Of a stretch of 64,000 nt of DNA, positions 1 to 10,721 are shown one piece after another. The translations under genes were made by a program, and so were the position numbers. Where the stretch lies: NCBI GenBank assembly GCA_965240325.2, contig OZ251223.1:3410001-3474000 (forward strand), written 5' to 3'. Numbering within the stretch: the stretch's first letter is position 1; each line of letters opens with the position of its first letter. Under the pieces are notes generated by a model that was not told the origin of the DNA, searched no databases, and worked only from the letters and a program-made list of their open reading frames with translations. The DNA comes from Rebecca billardiae RCC1528. Lineage: Eukaryota; Protista; Haptophyta.

Positions 1-520
1 AGCAGCAGCCGCAGCAGCAGCCGCAGCAGCAGCAGCAGCAGCCGCAGCAGCAGCCGCAGCCGCTGCCGCAGCAGCAGCAGCCGCAGCCGCAGCCGCAGCC
101 GCAGCCGCAGCCGCAGCCGCAGCAGCAACCGTCGCAGTACGCACAGCAGCAGCCGCAGCAGCAGCAGCAGCCGCAGCAGCCGGCGCAGCAGTGGCAGCAG
201 CCGGCGCAGCAGCAGCAGCCGCCGGCGCAGCAGCAGTGGCAGCAGCAGCCACAGCAGCACGCACCCCTGCAACAGCCGCCGCTGGAGCCGCCGCCACCGC
301 CGCAGCAGCAGCAGCCGCCGGCACAGCAGCAGCAGCAGCCGCCGCCGCCGCCGCAGCAGCCTCCGCCGCAGCAGCAGCAACCACCGCAGCAGCAGCAGCA
401 GCAGCAGCAGCCACCGCAGCAGCAGCAGCAGTCGCTGCCGCCGCCGCCACAGCCACAGCAGCCGCAGCAGTGGCAGCAGCAGCCGCAGCAGCCGACACCG
501 CAGCAGCAGCAGCCACTGCA
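1..520 (+). repeat. CAG/CCG trinucleotide tract encoding poly-Q/P
   Basis: Directly visible (cag)n interspersed with ccg. Confidence 0.9.
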
Positions 521-1965
521 CACTCAGCCCGCTCCGCCCGCGCAAGACCCTCGCGAGCACGACGTCGGCGCGAGCAGCCCGGCCGCGCCCAGCCAGGACG
601 GCGGGAGTGCCTCGTCCCAGCCGGCATGCTCGCATTCGACGGCAGCCGGCTCCTCCTCCCTCCACGCCATGCCGGCCGAGGTGGACACCGGCCTGCGCGG
701 CGTGAAGGCGCTGAGCCGGCTCACGGTCGATGAAGGTGACGAGGCGGAGGGCGAGGACGGCGAGGAGGGCGAGGTGGACGCCGAGGCCGAGCAGCTGCGG
801 CTGCTGCAGCTCGAGGAGGAGCACCAGCGGCAGAAGGCCGAGCTCGACGCCAAGTTCCGCGCGGAGAGGGAGGCACTCATGTACGCGCCGCGCCGAGCGC
901 AAGCGCCGCGCCGAGCGCGAGCGCCGGCGCCCGTGCGCGCAAGCACGCGGACGGACCGGCGCTGCCGCGCCTCTCTCACCCGCGCACCCGCGCGTCGCGC
1001 TCGCGCGCTCCCGTCCCACCACGCCCGCCTCGCTGCGCAGGCAGAGCAAGGGCAAGAAGTCCGCGGTCCGCCGACGAGACTCCAAGTGCGCGACCGATGG
1101 CTCCGTGACGCCGGGCTCCAGCTCAACCTCGAGCCCGACGCGCCCACCGCTCCACCCGACGGTGTGGCCGGTGGGCGGCGATGCGGGCGCAGGCTCGAGC
1201 GCCGCGGCGGCGGGCTTGTTCCACTCTGCAGAGGACGCTCGCCCGGTGCCGCACTCGCGCTCCAACCCGGGCGAGCTCGACCGCGCCGCGCTCGAGCACG
1301 CGGATGTGGTCAGCACCCGCCCGCTGCGGAACGGCGGCCTGGTGCCCGCGTCAGGCAGCGTGCCCAACCTGCCGGTGGCCGCGGCGGCCGGCGCGACCAT
1401 GGAGCGGCCGGCGCAGCTGCAGACTGGCCCTGGATCAACCCCAATCAGCCCGTCGGCCAGCACGGCGCCGCACGCGCCGCCGCACCCCTCGCCGACGTGC
1501 GCCAGTCCGATTGCAGCAGCGACGCAGCCGGCTGTGAACGGCGCCGAGAGCGGCGCTCCCGCGGCGGGCGGCTTGGTCGGCAGTGGTGGTGCGTCTACGC
1601 CGAGCCTCAACGGCGCGGAGGCGCGCGCCGGCCCGCAGCACAGCCTCTCGACCGGCAGCCTGGACACGGGCGCGGCGGGCGCGCACGCGCTTCCGAAGAA
1701 GAAGCCGGAGGCGCAGCTGACCGTTGCCATGATGCGCGAGCTCGAGCTCAAGAACCTCGGCGAGCTCGGCAAGTCACGAGGCAAGGAGTCCGCTGCTGGG
1801 CACCACCCCACGTCGATGGGCGCGGCCGCTAAGCCCAAGGCGATGCAGGAGGCCCGTGCGAGCTCACAGCGCGGCAGCGGCCGTTTCGACGGGGACGACG
1901 GCGAGTTTCAGCAGTGGCAGCAAGCTGCGGGCGCGGCGGCGAAAGAGCGCGGCGGCCCCAGATAG
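1..1965 (+). CDS. 5'-truncated Gln/Pro-rich protein with coiled coil and low-complexity C-terminus; intron 881..1040
   Basis: The CAG/CCG poly-Q frame (frame 3) runs into MPAEVDTG...EREALM. A GT at 881 and AG at 1039-1040 join AT|G CAG AGC AAG (MQSKGKK) into the 730..1965 frame. No family is recognisable in the visible part. Confidence 0.65.
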
Positions 1966-2297
1966 CATGCGCCGTGCCGGTCAGCCGTGCCACGGGCGCC
2001 ACACGTTCTGACTTGACACTCGGTCGCCCACCGCACCACTGGTGCACACTCATCGTAAACCAGAGTGTTTCGCCGCGAGTGTTATGGCCCGCGGTGCAGG
2101 GCGGAGCGCGCAGCGTGGAGCCCGCACCAGCGGGCCCGAACCACGTTTCAAAAAGATCTTTGATCAAGAAAAAAGGGACGGGGGGCGATTTTTAGGGCTG
2201 GCGGAGACCGAGTTTCGAGTTTTTGAGATCGCATAGAGAGGTCTATTAGGCCGAAAATAAGCGCGTCCAGCTCATTCCCTTAAGTAAAGTGCGATCT

Positions 2298-3710
2298 GGA
2301 CGTCAGCTGGACGTGACATTAACGTAACGGTTCGTTACGAGCGCGATTTTGTGGGTAGACTCTCGTTCATGTGTGATAGTTTGCCTCCGCCTTGATGAAT
2401 ATGAACTTGGCTTCGCGGCGGTTGGTATCTAGAGTCTAAAACCCGCAAGCCTTATTGAAAATACCCGCGCAGCTATTCGTTGCCAGCCCATTCCATAGTC
2501 ACTGACTTACCGAGCTGGCGAGCTCAAAACCTGCCGTCGTCGCAAGGACGACGTGCTGTGCAGGTTTCTTCTGCTGGGGTGGCGAGCGAGCCTCGACGAC
2601 TCTTGGTTGGTCCGCAAGGGGGCGCTCGATGGGCAGGTGCGCGTGGCAAGTGCCGAGTGGCGCCTGGAGCGCGCGTCTGCGGCGGGTCCCGACGGCCGTC
2701 GACATCGCGTTCGTGCCCGCTCACTAGTCACTCCGCACGCCCCTGCCGCGCCCTGTCGATGCCTGCGCGGCCGGCCGGCGCGCGGCCGCGCCGCCGCCGC
2801 CGCAGCCGCCGCCCTGTGTTCGGGCTCTCGCAAGCTCGGGGGCAGCGGCGCATGATGCCGGACTGATCGATCTCGGAGTCTCCGACTTCACCACACGCCC
2901 CCCTTGCCATGCCTCTCCGCCAGGGTCTCCCAGAACTCTTCTTCAGAGCAGGCGCAAGTCGAACTCGGAACTGGCCGCGGCCCCGCGCGCCGTCGGCTCC
3001 CCGTGGCTGTCAGCTCCGCGTGGCCTGGGCGCCTGGCGTGCCCAGAGCTGGCCGTGCCTCTGCGACGCGTGCCGAGCCTGACCGAGGTGTGTCACCCCGT
3101 GCACGCGCGGCGCGCGCAAGCACCGGTGCTGCATGGCTGCTCGCACCGTGCTCCCTGGCTCGCGGTCAGTCAGCTCGGCCGCGTGGTGCCTGGTGTGCAC
3201 GTAGAGTCGCGCTCATGCGTCGCTCACGCCTCGCGCCCGCCTGTCGGCCGTCGCGCAGGCGCGCAGGTCGAACCCTACTGACCTGCAGATCATCTACTCC
3301 TGCGCTGCTGGCGTCGCGGCGACGACGGTCAGCGGCAGGCCCGAACGAACGGTCGAATCCGCGCGGTCCCGCGCCGTCCGGCTCCCTGGCTGTCAGTCAG
3401 CTCCGCCGGTGGCCTGGCGTGCAAGAGTCGCGCTCGTGCGTCGATCACGCCGAGTCGCATCCGCCTGTCGGCCGTCGCGCACGCGCAGGGGGTCAGGTAA
3501 GGGCCGTCTGTGATGAGGGCAGCTCGGCCGACGACCGACATCCACACTCGGCGCACGCCGGCGGCGGCGCGGCGCTGGGGCGGCGCGCCGCTGGATGGAG
3601 TCTAGTTACACGTGTACGGGACGACTGCGACGGAGGGTGCACCGCCACCGCGGGCCCCGAACTACGTTCGTTCTACGGAAAAGGACCGCGGAACGCGGTC
3701 ATATTATAAT
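2298..3710. mobile_element. ~1.4-kb palindrome-bounded dispersed element, copy 1 (possibly Helitron-like, non-autonomous)
   Basis: The 5' block 2298-2343 (containing cgtaacg-gtt-cgttacg) and the 3' block 3644-3704 (containing gaccgcg-gaa-cgcggtc) recur at 7786-7832 and 9129-9193 with almost identical spacing. Confidence 0.5.
2995..3490 (+). repeat. Degenerate internal direct repeats (2 long copies plus 1 partial)
   Basis: gctccctggct..gtcagtcagctc..gtgg..cctgg.gtgca..gagtcgcgctc.tgcgtcg.tcacgcc..cgcctgtcggccgtcgcgca occurs at ~3150-3260 and ~3381-3482, with a partial copy at ~2995-3030. Confidence 0.75.
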
Positions 3711-3950
3711 CAGACTCAGTCTGAGGCTCATCTGAGCCATGAGCGCCCCCGGCACGTATGGTATGGCCCGATCAGTGAGAGTGACGCGCGGCTCAGCTTT
3801 ATTTCAGTATTATTATTTTGAGGCTGCATGAGGCAAGGGCGGTAAGCTTTGATGACGTACGTTTTGTACGATACCAACGGCCGACTCACCGAGTTACCGG
3901 CCACCGCGCGCCCGCACGCAGCCGCGAGAGGAGGGTAGACGGCGACCATC

Positions 3951-5417
3951 ATGGGCGCGGCGGACGCCAGCAGCGATGCGATGGCTGAGTTCCTCAGCAC
4001 CACGCCGGCCTTCAGCCACGGCTCAGACGAGGAGGCGATGGCCGCAGCGCAGGCACTGACGAGCGCAGGCATCACGCTGGGCGCCGTGGACGTCATCCTC
4101 GAGCACGGTGATGACAAGCACGCCGACGCGCTCTTCGAGCTGCTGAACACTGTCGATCTGCGATCTGGATCCGTACTGGCCTCCACTCTGCAGCGCGTGC
4201 AGAAGCTCGCCATCTTTGCGAGCTTCAAGAAGCAGCGGGCCGAGAAGCACCACGCGGGCCTCCGAAGGGCGGCTGCTGTGCAGCAGACTCGGCGAGCGCC
4301 GCAGCCAAAGAAGCACGCTGCACGCGCGGCTCTCGGCGATGAGAGACGTGGATCCACAGAGCCCGCATCGCGCGCGGCACGCCCGAAGACCCGCCGTGTG
4401 ACCCAGGCTCTCGACGACGAGTCAGACGATCTCGAGGAGCCTGCCGCACGCTGCGCTGAGTGCGACTGCGCAGACGAGCCGATGGTGTGCGCGACGTGTG
4501 GCGGCGAGGGCTTCTGCCTGCCAGCCTGTGACGCGCTGGGATCGACCATGCTGTGCAAGCAGTGCCGCGGCATCCTCGATCGCGACAATCGCGTCCGCAA
4601 CCGAGCGGCGGTCAAGGGGTCCGGAGCCGACGTGGGCAGGCGCAGCAGGGCGGACTCGGACTTTGAGGAGTTGCAGAGCAGCGCGGCTCCACCGGCCCAG
4701 CGCGCGCGCGCCGAGACGGTGGCTCGCAAGCGCAAGCACACTCACGCGCTGGAGTGCGAGTCCCAGCGCGTGCCAGGCATCCCACCCGCGCGCGACGACG
4801 ACGAGTCGAGCGATGCCCCCTTGGCGGAGCAGCTCACCGCGACAGCGACCGCGCCTGCACGTGATGCGCCAACGGCTGGAGCGAAGGAGCGGGGGCTGCC
4901 GCCTCCGCGCACCGGCCGCCGTGTCGTCCCGGACGAGACCAAGCAGGCGATGATCCGCCTCGCCAAGCAGCCTGGCTCAACCAAGTCGAGCATCCTCGAG
5001 CAGCTGCACGACGGCGGCTTCAAGAACAGCGAGGGCAAGACGTGGCCGAAGAACTTGACGGATGGGTGTGTCTTGGCGCGCACCCTCGGCGCGCACGGGT
5101 ACCGTGAGGACAAGTTGACCGAGCGGCTCGAGTTCACAGGGAAGGAGGTTGCCTTCTACGAGAAGAAGCTCAAGGAGTTTGATGCGGCTTGGGAGCAGCA
5201 CGACGCGGACGACGATCACGAGCTCTCTGGTCATGCGCCCAAGCAGATGAGGAATGCGGACGGTCCGACCATTGGCATTGCCTCTCAGCAGCAGAAGGAT
5301 GTGTCGACCAAGCCAGCAGCGCTCGGGACGCGCACCAACAGCCTCACTGCCACGCCCACCATCAGCATTGCCGCGCCCACTGGCGGCGACGGTGCGGCGC
5401 AGCGCGGGGCTCCGTAA
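3951..5417 (+). CDS. Intronless 488-aa putative nuclear DNA/chromatin-binding protein (PHD-like Cys finger plus recombinase-type HTH-like segment)
   Basis: Long ORF with host-like codon usage. It has the finger CAECDC-x6-CATC-x5-CLPAC-x8-CKQC, a basic RKRK motif, and the segment GSTKSSILEQLHDGGFKNSEGKTW..VLARTL. Confidence 0.7.
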   Translation: MGAADASSDAMAEFLSTTPAFSHGSDEEAMAAAQALTSAGITLGAVDVILEHGDDKHADALFELLNTVDLRSGSVLASTLQRVQKLAIFASFKKQRAEKHHAGLRRAAAVQQTRRAPQPKKHAARAALGDERRGSTEPASRAARPKTRRVTQALDDESDDLEEPAARCAECDCADEPMVCATCGGEGFCLPACDALGSTMLCKQCRGILDRDNRVRNRAAVKGSGADVGRRSRADSDFEELQSSAAPPAQRARAETVARKRKHTHALECESQRVPGIPPARDDDESSDAPLAEQLTATATAPARDAPTAGAKERGLPPPRTGRRVVPDETKQAMIRLAKQPGSTKSSILEQLHDGGFKNSEGKTWPKNLTDGCVLARTLGAHGYREDKLTERLEFTGKEVAFYEKKLKEFDAAWEQHDADDDHELSGHAPKQMRNADGPTIGIASQQQKDVSTKPAALGTRTNSLTATPTISIAAPTGGDGAAQRGAP

Positions 5418-5624
5418 ACGCATATGGCTGATACGTGCTGATCGTCATATGGCACAGCAGATGGCAGCGTACTTGACAGCTGAGTGTCAGCAGAATAATC
5501 GCGTCCGGTCGCAGCGGCAACAGATGAGACATTAACTATTAACTATTAAGCTACTACTACTATGAGTATGAAGTATAGACGTATGATCGTCAGTACGTAA
5601 CGACTCAGTGACTCTCTCGTCTCT

Positions 5625-5626
<2 letters not shown>

Positions 5627-5702
<76 letters not shown>
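5627..5702. repeat. (CT)n microsatellite, left half
   Basis: About 38 CT units; the tract continues as (TC)n at 7421-7445 on the other side of the TIR element. Confidence 0.95.
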
Positions 5703-5704
<2 letters not shown>

Positions 5705-7418
5705 GGGGGGCCAAAGTGGCACTGTAGCGTTACTGACGGCCACGAGCGCGGGTCCTAGCGAGTGTTTAGAGCTGATTTCGGGCTGGATCATTTGCCCTCT
5801 GGAGGGGTCTGGGCCGGCCATGTAAAAAAATCAGGTGCAAATACCCTGAATATAGGGCGTAACGGCTAGCATATTTACTTATTAGAATGAGCCTGAACTT
5901 ATTGGAAACGGTATGTAACGGTCGTGCTATATGTGACATATAGACCATGTCGACCTCACTTTGATAGAGCATCTCAGCGAGATCGTTCTGAGTCCCCAGC
6001 AGCAGCAGGTCCCAACATGCGATATATAGGCTGTGTACTGGCAGGCTGTCAAATATGTAGTTTCCTAGAAGCCACCGATCGTTACATACCCACTGTGTAT
6101 ATAGGCGCCATGCTGATGAATACAGCCTCGTCTGATCTCGAGCTGCGAGATACGTTTTCAGACTGTGTATACGGCCACGCGTACGGCGTATTGCAGACAT
6201 AGTAGACCCAAAGCACCGGCCCCACGTCCTTAGCCCGGGAGTGCTCTCGGTCATAGTCAAGGTTTAAAGTGACTCGAGCCAACCGTCACCGCTCCCTGGC
6301 CGAGACCGACGAGGCAGGTCAAATCTGTCGTCGTCGCAGTGCGGCACAGTGCCGAGCATGCGATTCGGCAGCAAACGTCTGCTCCAGGCGGTGGCTGGCG
6401 TGTCTGCACCAAACCAGGCTGGATGGGATTGGTCCATATAGGTACGCACTACCCTGTTCCGCGCTATTTATGGGCTTAGGGGCGGATATTCGGCCTACAG
6501 AGGCTGATCCGGCGCTGTTCGGCGCTCCTGGCTGGCTGCGCGGAGCCCAACGGCAAGCGCCGGCGTGTGCAAGGTGTCAAGATTGAGACGGTCTCTGACG
6601 CTCCCGCCGGTCTTGGGCGCACCAGGGTGCATGAGGGCTCATCTGCATCTGCTTCTGCAGGCATGAGCGTCACAGGGGCGCGCTTGCAGGCACGGTCGAG
6701 TGCACGTCGGACCTGTCGAATGAGCCAACCGCTGCCTGCGAGCACGTCCGCGACGTCCTGAGAGGCGAATGGGAGGCGCCCAGACGCCATCAGAGGGCAC
6801 ACGTGGCCCATACCCAACGTACTGACCATCGCAAGTGCCACGGCAGGTGCAAACACGGGCCCTACAAGCGGAACATGACAGTTGCGAGCTCCGCGGAGGT
6901 GTTGCGCGCGTGCTCGCGCCGGTCTGCTGACGGCGATTCCGGCGCAGCAGGGCAGGTTAGGCGAGCTGGGCATCCACATACATACATGGGCACTTGGTGC
7001 GAGCATCGATCTCAACTGTGCGAGTTGATCATGAGCCACACCGTGCGGTAGCGTGACGGGCGCACGCAGCGCGCCAATTCAAGCCGGCCGACGCGCGCCG
7101 CGCACGGCGCGAGATGGCCAAGAAGCGGGTGGTGAGCCGCTGGTGGCGCAAAGGCACGGATCAGTAGCGCCCACCAGCGTCACGCGCGCGCGCACCCGAG
7201 ACCATCTCGGCGTCTCAAAGGTCGCGAGCGCGCGGCGGTCCACTGCCTCCGGCCGCTCGCGCTGGAGCGGAACCGAGCTCTGAGCGTCCGAAGGTGTGAA
7301 GCTCGATTTTCGAGCGGGGTCCGAGAAAAAGGCTCCGCGCCACCCTAAAAGGCCGAGGGCGGAGCGAAAATGCGACGCGACTTTGCTTTTCATTTTTAAA
7401 TGGGCGGTTTGGCCCCCC
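5705..7418. mobile_element. Non-autonomous TIR DNA transposon (11-bp TIR GGGGGGCCAAA, flanked by TA on both sides) inserted in a (CT)n tract
   Basis: TA|GGGGGGCCAAA at 5703-5715 is the exact reverse complement of TTTGGCCCCCC|TA at 7408-7420. The microsatellite lies on both flanks. No intact transposase ORF is recognisable. Confidence 0.75.
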
Positions 7419-7420
7419 TA

Positions 7421-7445
7421 TCTCTCTCTCTCTCTCTCTCTCTCT
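7421..7445. repeat. (TC)n microsatellite, right half
   Basis: Directly visible. Confidence 0.9.
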
Positions 7446-7785
7446 GCTATTAATGAGTCTATTCTGATGATCATGATGTTATAGTTACTTAGTATCGAAT
7501 ATATATATATATATTTATTTATTTATTTATTTAACGACGTGGCAGCATCGGACAAGCGTCAGGCTCAGAGTGCAACAGACACATAGAATGCGTCCGCGCC
7601 TTCCGTCCACTGTCCAGGTCAGACAGTGCGCCACCCGCAGCCCTGCCCCCCTACGGGAGCGGGGCCAAGGGCCAGATGGGTGCAGCGGCGTCCACCGGCT
7701 GCATCGCCCCCCGCTAGAGGCGGCTATTGCGGTCGAACTGAAAGACCGCGTCCGCCAATTCGGCCTGCTATGTAATCGGTGGACG

Positions 7786-9200
7786 GGACGTGAGCCTGGC
7801 CGTGACTTTAGCGTAACGGTTCGTTACGAGCGAATCGTATTCGTCGTCCCGGATCACGTGACGTCCGGACTGGGCCACAGTATCCGGATCGGAGGTGACG
7901 TGGCCCGCACCGATGGCGGATGGGACCAACCCCTGCTGCGAGCGCGCCTGCACGTGCCTCCGGACCCGCCTCCCGCTTGCTGCTCACGCAGTCAGCTGCG
8001 ATCGTGGCGCATGATCGCAGAAGCAGTGCCGGCAGTACGGCCTGCATCAGCTAGTGCCGCGCCGTCGTGGTGCGCGCGGTAGTTGCGTTTGCAGCGCTTG
8101 CGCAGTCGGCGAGCTGACGCGCGTGCGGTTCAGGTGTGTCAAATGCGGTCTCGTCGGCGCGTTTTCGCCTGCCACCTCGTGCACCCGTGCCGCCAGCTTC
8201 GTCGTCTTCATGTCATGGTTCGCTTCATGAGGACTGCTGCTGCTGTCGCCATCGGCTCTCCATCACCCCGAGTCGCTCGGCGCCGCGCGGTAGCATTTAA
8301 CCATTTAGCAGCTGCGTGCACACGGCACAGTGTCACCGCAGCGGCTTCCCAGCAGTCGTCGACAATTGCGTCGTCAGAATCCTCCTCGTCGTCGGCTTAC
8401 ACCGCCGCGAGAGGGAACGCTGCCACAGCTGCAGATGGGAGGCAAGTCTTCTCTCTTCCCACCGCGGCGCGCGCTGCGACAGCCCTCCCCGTTTCCTTCA
8501 CTTGCCCACCTGCTGAGGGTTTTGCAGCTCGATCTCAGCAACGGCGCCACCTGACGACGAGCGGATTGGATTGGTGCACGGGGAATCGGATCTCCCGTGC
8601 ACCAATCCGCTCGGCTCGTCGCGCCCGGCAGCCATCGCCCAGCCCTAGTTGCAATCAACGACAAGTGTCGACAACGTCGCATTTCACTGCCAGACGCCAG
8701 TCACTGGCCTGCTGAGGGCGTACGGTCACTCACCCGTGCTGAACGGGTCAAGTGGCCCGAGTACGTCTGGTCCGGTTGGCTGGTACGGGCCGCAGCGCTA
8801 AAGCACCCTGCTGTCACACCCGACTCCTTCAGTACTCCGAGCTCTGCGGCACGACTCACTCGGCACGATCGCGGACGGGTCGCGGATCCGAGCTGATCAG
8901 CCAGTTGGACATTTCACATTTGGCAGCTAGTTGATGTCAGACGGACGTCCGATTTGTCATTTGACCGGTGCGGTCTCAGGTCCGCTGCTGTGATTAGAGT
9001 CTCGCGCTGCTGTGAAGTGTTCGAGTGAGTGAGTCTCGAAGTCGCAGGCGGGCGACGGTCGGACTCAATCACGGAACTGTACTTCAACTGGCGAACTGCC
9101 ACGGCGGAGAGTGACGCGATAGCACTCGGCCACCGCGGGCCCCCAACTGCGTTGATTCTATATGCAGAAAAGGACCGCGGACCGCGGTCATATATCATAG
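7786..9200. mobile_element. ~1.4-kb palindrome-bounded dispersed element, copy 2
   Basis: Carries the same two terminal blocks as 2298-3710, ending gaccgcg-gac-cgcggtc atatatcatag. Confidence 0.5.
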
Positions 9201-10721
9201 TATTGGCCATAGTACTACGTACTCCACATACCTATACAGTAAGACTAAACTATACCGTGATCTGTTTTTAAAAGGCGCGCCAGCGCGCCCAGCGCCCGTC
9301 GTCCTCGCACCACCGTTGTCCATAAAAAAATTCGTCGTCCGAACTCTCCAACTGGGCGCCAATGCGACAGCGCGCCGACGGGATGAGGATGTAACATAGA
9401 GTGTGGAGCTCCACTGTCGGTTGGGGAATGCATGTATCAAGCGGCATCGGGCATGACTGGGGTAGCATATCACACAGGAGGCTGGCCAGTAGTGAACTGC
9501 TGCGCGATAAGAGCCGCCTGTGGCACACGGTGATTTTAATTGAAACACAGGCAGCTTATGCACCCTCGTTCAGACTGATTTCAAGGCTCCCTTTACGGTC
9601 ATTCATCCCCAATATCCAAGAAGCCGTCGCCGATTCTGATCGGCTTCGGCCGCCCCGCCGGGGGCGCCGGACTCCATCTGCATCGAGCAACGGCAGTACA
9701 GCAGGTGGATACGTGAACGTACGGCCTACGGGTTGCCAACTGAACACAAAGTCGGAGGCATCACGCGGATGCCTCTCTGCGACAATCGGGGTCGAAGGGG
9801 TGCCCGGATCTGACGCCAGGGGGTCCCTGAAGTTCCGCCGCTGCGCGCGTTCTGCGCTGCTGCGGCCCGTCTCCGTGTGGCGTGTGTGGTAGCCGCAAGT
9901 GCATTTAGTCTGCAATTCAGACCCCCTACTGGTACTGCACTACAGTACGCGAATCGAGATCAGAGACACGCGCTCCGACCAAAAGCGTGTGAAGCGGCTC
10001 GGACGGATGCTCTGGGACCTGCTCACGCCATCGCAGCCGCGCCTTGCGGCCCCGGAGTCCGCCTGACTCTGTGAGTCCGCGGGACACGCGTCTTCGGTCT
10101 TGCGGCTTGAAACGCTGCGGTGTCCGGCCGTGCCCGCGGCACTCATGAAACAAGGCGCGAAGTGGCGAGAAGCGCGACCTGAAAACATCGTGCGCGGCGA
10201 CGCGTGAGTGGGCGCTAGGCGAGTGCTCGGTTCTACGCGTGGAAGACCGTCTTTCATCGTCATAAGTCATCACATAAGTACGGCAGGTACCAGTCTTTAA
10301 ATCATAGAATTAGTATCACAACGACACGTCTTTCGCTCTTTATAATATTCTCGTTTTTCGAACGGGAAGTGATACTACCAGTTATCTGTACCACTCGGTA
10401 CCGCGGTACAGTACCTTCCAAACGGATGCACATGTGCGCGCCCATAAGAAGATCTTCCTCTCGAACACGCTCAGATATAAATCCCGTTATAGTGGTAGAA
10501 AGTTGAGCAAGCCTCTACCCGGAGTACCGCGGATGGGGCGAGCTGATTGGTCAGCGTAGTCATATGTGCGCGACTCGGGTAGCAGGAAGCGGATTCTTTG
10601 ATTAAGAGAGCTTTCAACATATTTCTCTATAGTCATTGACCATGTGGAACAACCAACCTGTTCATCATGAATACACACACAACGTTGCCTACCCACACCG
10701 CCTCTCTGGGTAAAAAAGACT

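Noticed and set aside
191-733. Poly-Ala ORF
   Set aside because: It is an alternative frame of the CAG tract; the poly-Q frame is the one continuous with the downstream exon.
5766-7039. Transposase inside the TIR element
   Set aside because: Only short, stop-interrupted ORFs are present, with no identifiable DDE or other catalytic motif.
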